This document shows positions 49,466 to 61,619 of a stretch of 64,000 bases of DNA, piece by piece. This DNA is from Octopus sinensis (taxonomy: Eukaryota). Position numbers and translations under genes: made by a program. The stretch covers positions 186,001 to 250,000 of the forward strand of contig NW_021830031.1 in NCBI RefSeq assembly GCF_006345805.1. Direction: 5' to 3'. Within the stretch, counting starts at the first letter, position 1; each line of letters opens with the position of its first letter. The notes under the pieces were generated by a model. The model was not told the origin of the DNA. It was given only the letters and a program-made list of their open reading frames with translations, and ran no database searches.

Positions 49466-49881
49466 GGATCTTTTCGGTTTGAACGGCAGTTTTTTCTAGC
49501 GGTGTCATATGAAATTGTCACACATAATTATGACCCTAGTATCGATCTATTGCATTTCAATCTATTTTTAGGGTTAGGGGTTGGGGGAAGGGTATCTTTT
49601 TTTCTTCACAAATGTAAATAAACCCAATCTGTTTCTTAAACGAGGGACATATTCATACGGCACAGAATGTTGTTTTTTTACCTCAATAGACGTCATTGAT
49701 TGGTTGAAATTGCAGAAATTGAAGAAAAAAACAACAAATATCTTACAAACTATAGAATTTTCTCAATAAAGCCAAGAGAAAAAGATGTTTTGTAAACACA
49801 TTCTACCAGTATACGAAGTTTAAAAGTGTTTAGTTACGTGGAAATTATTTTTAAAAACTGCCGTTCAAACCGAAAAGTTCC
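49466..49881. mobile_element. Second copy of the 8-bp-TSD MITE
   Basis: TSD AAAGATTC at 49458-49465 and 49882-49889; a related partial element lies at about 44170-44367. Confidence 0.85.
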
Positions 49882-50659
49882 AAAGATTCTGATAGAATCG
49901 CATAACAATTAAAAAAAAAAGAGACTAAACTCTCCAAGGCAGAGCTCTAGCATGGCCGCAGTCCAATGACTGAAACTAGTAAAAAAACAACAACAACAAA
50001 AGATAATAAAAATGCCGTTATTTAATTTTCTGGAAAAGGAATATAGTAATTGTGGTGTTCAAATGCCCTTCTTTGGTACTGTGCTTTCGTTGAAGTGAAA
50101 TTATTTGAACATAAGGTTAAAATTATGATCATGTTGTCTTGATTATCGAACCTGAAACTCCTTATCGATTTTCAGTTTTGTTTTATCCACATCAAAAAAC
50201 TAACAGGAAAAACAAAATAAAATAATCACCCATAAAAATTGAAGTAGCCATATTCCAGGGGAAACAACTCTAGCATTTCATCATTTTATTACTTGTCAGT
50301 AATGTCCCTTTTTCGTAGCAGGGGCAGCAAAATAATATAAAAAACAGTAAAAAATTAATTTCGCTGTTAATTGGTTTAAATTTATTTGGGGGGGATTACA
50401 CACGAACATTTAAGTACAAAGGAGCATCCGAGACGCAAGACAAAACGTACAAATCTGCACAGACATTAACTCCAAATACTGCACATATACACACTAACAT
50501 GCACAAATAATACCCTATTGATGTTGTTGAAATTCCCATGAAGGAGCCTTGGATCTAGGTTAGAAACCGGCTCTTTCTCTATTTGCGAGAAATCTTGAAA
50601 TAAAACCGAATGACTAACGTGCAGACACAGGCGTAGTTGTGTGGTAAAAAGCTTGTTTC

Positions 50660-51232
50660 AGGGGACTGATGGCTTTTGACGAACAACTGTTGTCAGTGAT
50701 GGGAAGAGTACAGCTATCAGCTGAATCTATCATCGAGATTGTGCCACCGCCTCTCCTTAACAGGGAAAGGAAGGCTTGTTTTGTCTGCATAGTAGCCATA
50801 CTGAAAGAAACAGTATGGAAGACGCGTGTGAAAGGTATAGTGACAGGTACCCTTGTCTCTGGTCAGGGGTTGGTTAACTTTTTTAGTTACCACCACGGTA
50901 GTAAGATCAGGCTGGAGAAGAAGTGTCTGTCAAAGATGGAAGCCTGTGGCGAGGAAGCTGGGTGCGATTGGTACCAGGTAAGTGAGGTCGGGTCAAGAAG
51001 TAAAGTTTCTACCCAGATGGCCGGGTGCCTTTTTCTCAACGCTCCTCATTGCAGAACGCGATGACTTATTCAAAATTTAAAATTTTTATTGCATATTTCA
51101 TCGATTCATTTTTTTTACATCCGATTGATTTGACATTTTTAAAGCGTAAAAGCTTCTTCGCCCTTTATGTTTGTCTGTCCTTGTTTGCCCCCTCTCTGTA
51201 ATGCCCGTATGGCGAATCTATATGAAATAAAG
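50660..51232 (+). mobile_element. Tx1/L1-type LINE 3' fragment inserted in a family A SINE head
   Basis: TSD AAGCTTGTTTC at 50649-59 and 51233-43; open frame with CIVAILKETVWKTRVKG...NFFSYH; AATAAA at the 3' end; clade call from recalled similarity. Confidence 0.6.
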
Positions 51233-51847
51233 AAGCTTGTTTCGGGTTCACATGGTTCCGGCTTCAGTCCCACTGCGTAGTACCTTGTGCGAGTGTCTTC
51301 TACTACAGCCTCAGTCTTGTGAGTGCATTCGGTGGATGGAAACTGAAAAAAGCTTGTTGCATATTTATGCATATGTATATATCTATGTGTGTGGGGGTGT
51401 TTTGTGTCATTGTTTGTTCCTCCAACCGCCAATCGCTTGGTAACCGGTGTCGGAGTGTTTACACCCCCGTAACTTAGCAGTTCGGCAAAGGAGACCGATA
51501 GAATAAGTACCAGGCTTGAAGAAAAAAAAAGTCTTGGGGTCGATTTGTTCAAGTAAAATCCTTCAAGGCGGTGCCCCAGTATGGCAACTGCGTAACGACT
51601 GTAACAGTTAAAAGAATAAAAGGTAAAAGAGATACATACACAAATATCTAAGTACCAAAGAGACATGTTCACACACTGTAAGTACAGCTGCAAACACCTA
51701 CATATATGCACACAACTACCCAACCACATATTTACAAACTGTGTAAACCCTCTTAGCTCAAAAAGGTCTTCTCACTTCGTTAGCGACCGGCTTCAATCCC
51801 AAAATGAAGAACTTTGATAAATCTTAAAGAAAATAACACACACAAAG

Positions 51848-52170
51848 ATATTAACATCCGCTGGGCAGTTAATTTCCACAACCGTACACAGTTTCTTTTC
51901 TCTATCCCAAATCATTATATCAGGTCTGTTGTGCTTACATTTTATTGAGGTCTTCACTGGGACATTCCGCCAGTATCCTTTTTTTTATTGTGTGGCAATG
52001 GCTTCTACCATACTGTCGGTTCTTATTTCTTTGTCCCCGGGATTATCCTTCAGACGGATTTCATTACATAGTGTCCTTGCTACAGCATTATGTCTCATCG
52101 GTAGATAATACCGTGATGTCATTTTCTGACAACTGCTTATGATGTGAGTCTGCATCGGTTGTCACATTTT
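51848..52170 (-). mobile_element. Inverted copy of the 5' half of the RLE-LINE fragment at 53010
   Basis: Reverse complement of 53010-53332; see the paired ORFs 51945..52142 and 53038..53232. Confidence 0.88.
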
Positions 52171-52957
52171 TGTCTTGTCTTGTATGTATGTATGTTAAGG
52201 GTACACGTGTCTGTGGAGTGCTCAGCTGCTTGCACGTTAATTTCACGGGGAAGCTGTTCCGTTGATTGTATCAGTTGGGACCCACATCCTCGTAACCGAC
52301 GGAGTACTCCTACATACATACAACGAAAATACTGGAGGATCAGTTAATTATGGTTTTATTCAACATATTCCCCTCTCAGTTTCACACACTTATTGCAGGG
52401 GTCACTACGTTTTTCTAAACCCTGTAAAAAAAAAAAAATACTGGGAAGGTTGGGCCTCCAACCAGGCTTTTCGCAACACCCTTAAAACCAGGAACTTATT
52501 AGCACCTACTCGCCTAGGAAACGCTTAATGAAGTTTTAAAAGTACTGAGAAAAGCACTAATGAAGAAAATCACATAAGTTATAAACATACATATATACAT
52601 ACATACATACATGTGAAGGTGCGTGGCTTAGTGGTTAGGGCATTCCGCCCCCGATCGTAAGGTCGTGAGTTCAATTCCTGGCGACGCGTTGCGTCCTTGA
52701 GCAAGACACTTTATTTCACATTGCTCCAGTCCACTCGGCTGGTAAAAATGAGTAGTACCTGTATTTCACTATGTCACTCACTATGTCACGCTGAATCTCC
52801 CTGAGAACTATGTTAAGGGTACACGTGTCTGTGGAGTGCTCAGCTACTTGCACGTTAATTTCACAAGCAAGCTGTTCCGTTGATTGTATCAGCTGGGAGC
52901 CACATCGTCGTAGCCGACGGAGTACTCCTAAATGCATACATACATACATACATTCAT

Positions 52958-52994
<37 letters not shown>

Positions 52995-53009
52995 ACACAC
53001 ACACACACA

Positions 53010-53640
53010 CAAATGTGACAACCGATACAGACTTACATCATAAGCAGTTGTCAGAAAATGACATCACGGTATTATCTACCGATGAGACATGATGTAGCAA
53101 GGACACCCTGTAATGAAATCCGTCCGAAGGATAATCCCGGGGACAAAGAAATAAGAACCGACAGTATGGTAGAAGCCATTTCCACACAATAAAAAAAAGG
53201 GTACTGGTGGAATGTTCCAGTGAAGACCTCAATAAAATGTAAGCACAACAGACCTGATATAATGATTTGGGATAGAGAAAAGAAACTGTGTACGGTTGTG
53301 GAAATTAACTGCCCAGCGGATGTTAATATAAAGCTGAAGATCAATGAAAAAGAGAACACTAAACTGAACTATTGATAAATCTGCAGTTAATCTATACAGA
53401 TTACAAGTTCAGGTTTATACCTGTAATTATTGGAGCCCTGAGATATGTAACACACTGCCTAAATACCAGTCTTGAGAAATTAGGCTTCTCAAAACCAGAA
53501 AGGAGGAAGCTAATTCGAAGACTACAGATCCAATCCATCACTGGAACTGTAAAAATCTGTAAAACTTTCCAGAAGTTTATCATTTAAATATATATGAGTA
53601 TGTCTAGATATGTAACTATATGCATGAGAACACATACACA
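53010..53640 (+). mobile_element. RLE-type LINE 3' fragment (second family) ending in (TACA)n
   Basis: KCDNR...HIISSCQKM, WWNVPVKTSIKCKHNRPDIMIWD, IPVIIGAL, QKFII*. Confidence 0.88.
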
Positions 53641-53746
53641 CATACATACACTTTTATTATAGCTGCAAAAATCTTCACGAAGTGTTGCTCAGAGTTTCAC
53701 GTTCCCGTTCATCGGACAGTTATGATGGATACTGATCAATGAATGG

Positions 53747-53795
53747 TGAAGATTTTTGCAGCTATAATAAACGTATATGTATGTATGTGTGTATT

Positions 53796-53829
<34 letters not shown>

Positions 53830-54112
53830 TGTATGTATGTATGTATGTATGTATGTATGTATATATGTATGTATGTATGTGTGTATGCATGCATGCATGT
53901 ATGTATGAATGAATGAATGTATGTATGTATTCTCATGCATATAGTTACATATCTATATAAGCTCATATATATTTAAATGATAAACTTCTGGAAAGTTTTA
54001 CAGATTTTTACAGTTCCAGTAAAGAAGCCTAATTTCTCAGTGTGTTATATATCACAGGGCTCCAATAATTACAGGTATAAGCCTGAACTTGTAATCTGGA
54101 TAGAGTAACTGC
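53747..54112 (-). repeat. Inverted copy of 53384-53678 (LINE 3' half, (TACA)n and a 26-bp perfect arm)
   Basis: TTTATTATAGCTGCAAAAATCTTCAC and its reverse complement flank a roughly 68-nt loop; two internal deletions in this arm. Confidence 0.88.
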
Positions 54113-54932
54113 CTGCTCTTAAAATTAACGTGCAAGTGGCTGAGTGCTCTACAGACACAAATGCCCCTAACTTAGTTCTCAGGGAGATTCAGCGTGACAC
54201 AGAATATGACAAGGCTGGCCCCTTTGAAATATAGGTACAACTTATTTTTGCCAGCTGAGTGGACTGGAGCAATGTGAAATAAAGTGTCTTGCTCAAGGAG
54301 GGCAACGCGTTGCCGGGAATTGAACTCCCGACCCTGCGATCGTGAGCCGAATGTCCTAAACACTCAGCCACGCGCCTTCTCCCACATAGATTAAGTATTA
54401 GGCCCCTTAACCCATAGGGCTCCCGAGAAACCTCTTAGTGTGCCCATACTTTAAGATAACCCTGATGATACCATTGATCTAAGTACTAGGATAGTATTTG
54501 GTTTATCTTCCCCACAAAGATAAAAGGTTAAGTCCACTTCAGCAGGCTTTGAACTCGGAACGTAACGAACTGGAAGAAATATTTGCGATGCGATTTGTTC
54601 GATGGTTTAACGATTCTCTTAATCTACCGTCTTCATCAAACTAACTAATAAAACAAGAGTGGTGGAAGCACTTCGTCGGTTACGACGATGAGGGTTCCGG
54701 TTGATCCGATCAACGGAACAGCTTGCTCGTGAAATTAACGTGTAAGTGGCTGAGCACTCCACAGACACGTGTACCCTTAACGTAGTTCTCGGGGATATTC
54801 AGCGTGACACAGAGAGTGACAAGGCCGGCTCCTTGAAATACAGGTACAACAGAAACAGGAAGTAAGAGTGAGAGAAAGTTGTGGTGAAAGAGTACAGCAG
54901 GGATCACCACCATCCCTGCCGGAGCCTCGTGT

Positions 54933-55336
54933 ACAAGAGCACTCAGAGAGCGCAAACCTCCGCCAAGGCAACATCAACGTCTTCTCAACGATTAGCCAGA
55001 GATGATTTCTAAAATGAGAATATCTGAAATAAATTCGACTGCTCTCACAAATGAGAATACTGAAAATGAACCTGACCGCTCTCAAAAATTAAGCAAAAAG
55101 CAAAAAAAAAAACAAAAACAAAAACAAACAAACAAACAAAAAACGGGAAAATAATCTAGAATCTTTGTTCGATACTGGATCGATCTTAAAATCTAATCAG
55201 TTCGTGCCAGTCACAAGGTTAAATATCCCTGAAAGCTTCATCCGAATCCATCCAGTGGTTCTTAAGATATCTTGTCCACGGACAAGCAAACACAACTGAA
55301 AACAATACCTCCGCCTTAGCGAAGGCGGAGGTAATA
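54933..55336 (+). mobile_element. Helentron-associated (HINE/DINE-1-like) non-autonomous element
   Basis: 5' subterminal ACCTCCGCC (54956); 3' 12-bp stem-loop TACCTCCGCCTT-AGCG-AAGGCGGAGGTA (55306-55333); 5' partial copy at 55537-55680. Confidence 0.75.
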
Positions 55337-55508
55337 GTAATAATAATTATAATAATAATAATTGATATGAGATCACCATGTCGTGCACATATGGTTGTGA
55401 TGAATGTGCCTGGTGTACCTTTATCAGACGGGTAGTCATGATGGGTATACTGGGCTTCGTATATTTTACCCCAGTGTCACTTTGATGGCATGCACTGCTC
55501 TCTCACTC

Positions 55509-55540
<32 letters not shown>

Positions 55541-56329
55541 GAGCACTCAGAGAGCGCAAACCTCCGCCAAAGCAACACCAACGTCTTTCAACGATTAGCC
55601 GGAGATGATTTTTAAAATGAGAATATCTGAAATAAACTCGACTGCTCTCAGAAACATTAATACTAAGAATGAACCCGACCATACATACATACATACATAC
55701 ATACATACATACATACATACATACATACATACATACATACATACATACATACATACATACATGCATGCATGCATGTATGTATCTGTGTTTGACGCCACCA
55801 ACACTTCATAACCGAAGTTGGTTTGTTTATGTTCCTGCAATGTAATCGTTTCCTCAAAAGAGACCAATAGAACAAGGAGCAGACTAAAAAAAAATTACTG
55901 GTGGTGATTTGATTGGCTAAAAGAACCTTTGAAAACGGTGCCCAAGCATGGCCGCAGTGTAATGACTGAACAAAATAATGATAAAACATGAAGATATTCT
56001 GATAAAAATATCTTGATTATGTATCTGAGCACCAAAAACACCGACCTTACTTTTAATCATCAAAGACATTGGATTTAAATCGTTAACACAATTAAAGGGA
56101 TCTTTTGTTATGACATTTTACATGTTATTGTTGTATTTTGGGTGGGTCTTACTGCCAACAAGCAAACACACACTGATTATGTTTCACTTCAATTTTATAA
56201 CCCAATTAGATAATAAATCAGTTGATCAGTTGGTTAATAGATTAGCCTGTTAAAGTCTTTTCGTCACACTCTGTGACTTTGTCAATCACCATATGCCTTT
56301 CTCTCAGACAAAACCTGCAGCAGCATGCC

Positions 56330-56975
56330 ATTCAACCGTGTATACACATTTAGTATGACTCAAAGATGGAGATTTTATTTAAATTCCTATTCCGTTCGCC
56401 GAGTTTATTTTTATACAGCCCGACCAGCTTACTGCAATATCAGCGAACGTATTATTTTTCTATATATCGAAGCCCGCATGATTTTCGTCTAAGTGGCAAA
56501 CGGATGCACGGCATTCGAAATCCCTAAGGGGACCGAAAGACATCTGTCGTTCTTGTGAGTCACCGTAACGACACTATTCGCCTCGCTCCGATGTTTATTG
56601 TTTGAGGCGATGAATTGGTAGAAACGTTAGCATGCTGGGTAAAATGCTTAGCAGTATTTCGTTTGTCTTCGTGTTCAGAGTTAATTCCGCCGAGGTTGAC
56701 TTTGCCTTTTATCCGTTCAAGGTCGATAAATTAAGTACCAGTTGCGTACTGGGGGCGATCTAATCGACTGGGCCCCTTCCCCCAAAATTTCGAGCCTTGT
56801 GCCTTAGTAGAAAAAGATATTTATTGTTTTGAACATGTCTATGAAGAGATTTCCTCTAAAAAAAAAAATACAACCTCGTCACTTTCAACACTGTATATAC
56901 ATTTAGTGTGATACACAGATAGCGGCTTTATACTTTATAGTATTTTTTAAAGTAAATTCTGTATTCCATATTCTA
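56330..56975 (+). repeat. Unclassified interspersed repeat interrupted by a family C SINE
   Basis: Similar to 4025-4250 and 1211-1345; the SINE has TSD GAT(G/A)TTTATTGTTT. Confidence 0.5.
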
Positions 56976-57472
56976 TTTCAGGTTCTGTCATAAACTGGTT
57001 TTTAATGGAAGGATTAAAAAATCTGTGCAACAGGCACAAGTTTCAGACACAATTGCTTTCTGGATTGAAACGTTCAGGGATTCGATTATTCGAAAATCTA
57101 TTATCAAAGTTAGCTTTAATCTCTGCAAAAGAATAGTTGCTATAAAATGTCGGTTGGTTGGTTGGTTGGTTGGTCGATTGGTTTATTGTTTGATTAGTTG
57201 ATTTCTCCAATCACACTGTAAATCATATAGAGAGAGGAAGAGAGAGGAAGAGAGAGAGAGAGAGAGAGAGAGGGAGGGAGAGGAATAGAGAGTGTATGTG
57301 TGTTAACATAAAATGTGCATGATGAGTGCACGTACTAGGCTTGGTGGCACGCAATGAGTAAAAAGTCGCCTTCCTCGCACACAAGATGAGAGAGAAAAAA
57401 TCAGATAAAGAGAGAGGAGAAGAAGTAGAGGAAGTAAATAACAAAGTATGTGTGGGAGGGGTTATGCAAATG

Positions 57473-57936
57473 CTAGCTGGCAGAATCGTTAGCACCCCGG
57501 GCGAAATGCGTAGCCGTGTTTCGTCTGCCGTTACGTTCTGAGTTCAAATTCCGCCAAGGTCGACTTTGCCTTTCATCCTTTCGGGGTCGATAAATTAAGT
57601 ACCAGTTACGCACTGGGATCGATGTAATCGACTTAATCCATTTGTCTCTCCTTGTTTGTCCCCTCTGTGTTTAGTCCCTTGTGGTTAGTAAAGAAACAGG
57701 TATTTCGTCTGTTGCTACGTTCTGAGTTCAAATTCCGAAGGCGGCGGGCTAGCAGAAACGTTAGCACGCCGGGCGAAATGCTTAGCAGTATTTCGTCTGT
57801 CGTTACGTTCTGAGTTCAAATTCCGCCGAGGTCGACTTTGCCTTTCATCCTTTCAGGGTCGATTAAATAAGTACTTAATTCGTTTGTCTTTGTTTGTCCT
57901 CTTTGTGTTCAGCCCCTTGTGGGTAGTAAAGAAATA
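57473..57936 (+). mobile_element. Tandem dimer of SINE family C inside one TSD
   Basis: TSD GGTTATGCAAATG at 57460-72 and 57937-49. Confidence 0.85.
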
Positions 57937-58132
57937 GGTTATGCAAATGTGAAATAAGGATATATTCTCCTATGGCAAAATACAACAGCGATTTGCACAT
58001 TTACGTTCGAATCTACCGGAATGTATTAAGAATGAATGTATTCGTGGTTTTTTAAATTTTATTCAATAATATCTGAAGGTAACAGTTTCATATTTACAGA
58101 GCTAATGTGTTAAAGTCGTTATAAAAGCCATA

Positions 58133-59035
58133 AAATGTGACAACCGATTCAGACTTTGTGGAGTTCACACTGAAGATATCATTCGCATCATAAGCAGTTG
58201 TCAGAAAATGTCATCCTGGTATTATCTACCGATGAGACATGATGTTGCTAGGACACTCTATAATGAAATCCGTCTGAAGGCTAATCCCGAGGACAAAGAA
58301 ATAAGAACCTACAATATGGTAGAAGCCATGACCACTCATGATAAAAAGGAATGCTGGTGGAATATACCAGTGAAGACTTCAATAAAATGTAAGCACAACA
58401 GACCTGATATAATGATCTGAGACAGAGAAGAGAAAGCTGTGTACGATTGTGGAAATTAGCTGCCCGGCTGATGTTAAACCAAAGCTGAAGATCATTGAAA
58501 AAGAGAACACCTAAGCTGAACTATTGAGAAATCTGCAGTTATTCTATCCAAATTACAAGTTCAGGTTTATACCTGTAATTATTGGAGCTCTGGGATATGT
58601 GACACACTACCTAAACACCAATCTTGAGAAAGTAGAATTCTTGAAACAACAAAGGAAAAAGCCATTTCGAAGACTACAGATCCAATCCATCACTGGAACT
58701 GTAAATGTCTGTAAAACTTTTCAGAAGTTTATCATTTAAATATATATGAACATATCTAGATATGCAACTATATGCATGAGAATACATAAATAAAACATAC
58801 AAATTTGCACATACATACAAAAATACATACATACACACATACATACATTCATACATACATGCATGCATGCATACATACATACATACATACATACATACAT
58901 ACATACATACATACATACAAAAACACCCTGTTGTTGATACTGAAATTCCAATGAAGGAGCTTTGGATCTAGGTTAGAAACCGGCTCTTTCTCTATTGGCA
59001 AGAAATCTTGAAATAAACTGAGTAATGACATACAT
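58133..59035 (+). mobile_element. RLE-type LINE 3' fragment (same family as 53010) with (TACA)n and a conserved 3' tail
   Basis: ORFs 58208..58420 and 58524..58739; the tail at 58920-59030 recurs at about 50510-50615. Confidence 0.88.
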
Positions 59036-59444
59036 GCACAAATACACACACGCGCGCGCATTCATATATTTATACAGACACAAACATTCACTGATGTTGC
59101 GAACAAGCGTCTGACTGAAAGAAAATCCGGTACATGCAATTGAATATTCATTTCATCATTTCGTATAAACAGCAAGAAATTTATAAAAGCTGAATTATGA
59201 TTATTGTATGTACGGCATACTTCCTGTTATTACTAATATTGGTAAAAATATATACTTCGAAAGTTACCCTTCATCTGAGAAGTAAAGCTCTAATATTGTT
59301 CATATCGAAACGTGGAAGGTACATTTTAGCCGTTTAAATACACACAATAATTGTTAAATTTCCATAAACAAAATTTTCGTCTCACTATCAGCAACCTGGT
59401 CACTGACAGTTGGGTCGACGAAAATTTTGACACGAATTAATAAA

Positions 59445-60300
59445 TCTATATACATAAATGTGTAATGGTATCTGTCTGTGTGTGTTTTGGAGTTACTGTA
59501 ACACCCGCCCCATGCCGGCCAACCGATTTTAATGATTTTTAGCACGTAGGTAGATCACATGCCCTGAAGTTCAAATAAGGCCGGAATTTTTCGGAAACTC
59601 GATAATGCTTAGTTGGCATCGATTTTTGTGAGTTCAATCGGGCGTTTGAATGGGAATTCCTATAACGATGCAGCTTTTGCATTTTTTGTCCGATTTTGAT
59701 GAAAATCGATGAATGAGCGAGGCTCATGGCAGTGAGTTGATGTCAGTATATGGCGTTGACAAAAAATCGATAATTGCGCCTGACCAGCGGTTTTATAAAA
59801 TCAATATCCTTTTTGTGTGCAAATACCCATGGGGATTTTATTTTTGGTCGTAACTTTTATATATTTCATCCGATTTTAACGAAATTTGAGATTTAGGTAA
59901 AAATTGTGGTAGGGGAGATGGTAAGGGTTTCAGTTTAATTCCAGAGGAATTGGAAGGATACAAGCGTGTATCAGCTTTTTTCAGAGACTATTCTATCGAT
60001 TTTGAAGATAAGTTACACGTGATTACAGTGCATATCCATAAGTTGAACGCGGCATGTGGAGTTGACAAAAAAATCGATAATTGTGCGTGAGCAGGGGAAT
60101 ATTCCAAAATTAATAGACATTTTGCGTGCAATTGAACTACACTCTAATCAATCTGGGTATTATCGGGTATCTCTGCTAAAGTACCTCGAACATGACGTCA
60201 TCCGTAAGATTCAGAAAGAAATTTCATCTAGCAACATTTACAACGGCATAGGCTTATCCTTAACAGAGCATACCCGAGCAACGCCGGGTACAACAGCTAG
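59445..60300 (+). mobile_element. Non-autonomous Helitron (856 bp)
   Basis: A|TC start, TACCCGAGCAACGCCGGGTA hairpin, CTAG|T end; same hairpin as 19687-19968. Confidence 0.85.
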
Positions 60301-60974
60301 TATCTAGCGCGAAGTTAAACGGTTTTTGAGTGTTTCTGAATGGCTTAATGTGTCTTTCATGCCCATATTAACCATTCAAAACCAAAAATTGTTAACTTCT
60401 CATAAGCGTTTACTTTCTAGTGTCAAAATTTTCGTCGCGCTATCTGAAACCTGGTCACTGACATCAATCAACTTCGCCTCAGCGGCGAGTAACCTGGCCG
60501 TAGAATATTTATTGTGAAGTTAACGGTTTTTGTGTGTTTCTGAATGGTTTAATATGTGCCTTTCGTGCTGTAATTGTTTTACTTTCAACAGGCGGTCTCA
60601 AATCAACTCGCTTGCTAGACAAATATATCTCTGAATTTCTCATATAACAACCGGCAAATGCTGATGTAGAAAGATTATTTAGCTGTGTGAAGTTTAATAA
60701 ATCAGATAATTGTAGTCGTTTAGGCATAAAAAATAAAATTGTAAGAGAAGCTCCAAATACAAAAATAAAATGGACAAAAGCAAAATTCAAGAAAAACATG
60801 GTGCCGGTCTAATTGTAAATTACCATTTGAAGTTTTAATGAAAATTGGATCAATAGGTAATTAGTTATAAATTATTTGAGAGATTCATCGAAGGAGAATG
60901 ATACTGAAGCAGAATATTATTGATTAAGGCAATTATTATTTGTGTTAATTTCTTCTTAATCTAATTACAATCAG

Positions 60975-60978
60975 AGCT

Positions 60979-61058
<80 letters not shown>

Positions 61059-61407
61059 GTGTGTGTGTGTGTCTGTGTGTCTGTGTGTGTGTCTGTGTGT
61101 CTGTGTGTGTGTGCGTGTGTGTGCGCGCGTGTGTCTGTGTGTGTATACATATGCATACATATAAATACACACATATATATATACAAACGTATATATATAT
61201 ACATACTCAAATACACACGCGCACGCGCGTTCAAACACATACACCAACACACACACGCACGTGTTTATATATACATGTGTGTGAACAAACGAACCAAAAT
61301 AGCACTCAAGACATTTCGTTGGAACTATTTCTTAAACTGTTATGCGTGTGTGTGTATTTGTATGTGTGTGTGTGCGTGAGTGAGTGAGTGTGTGCGAGCG
61401 AGTGTGA

Positions 61408-61447
<40 letters not shown>

Positions 61448-61480
61448 AAGGGAGAGAGAGAGAGAGAGGGAGAGAGAGAG
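60975..61480. repeat. (TA)n/(TG)n/(GA)n compound microsatellite
   Basis: Seen directly in the sequence. Confidence 0.95.
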
Positions 61481-61619
61481 TTGATCTGATGAACTAGGTT
61501 TCTTTCGTTATTTGCATTAATTAACACAATATAATTGTAGAAACGGTGAGCGTACATATTAATGAAAAACATGTATGCATAATTCCATGCAAACTGAAAT
61601 TAGTACTACAAGAAGAAGG

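Noticed and set aside
58940-58995. Further hammerhead-like motif (CCAATGA...GAAACCGG; also about 50525-50580)
   Set aside because: The core and cleavage triplet are altered in both copies and stem I is unconvincing.
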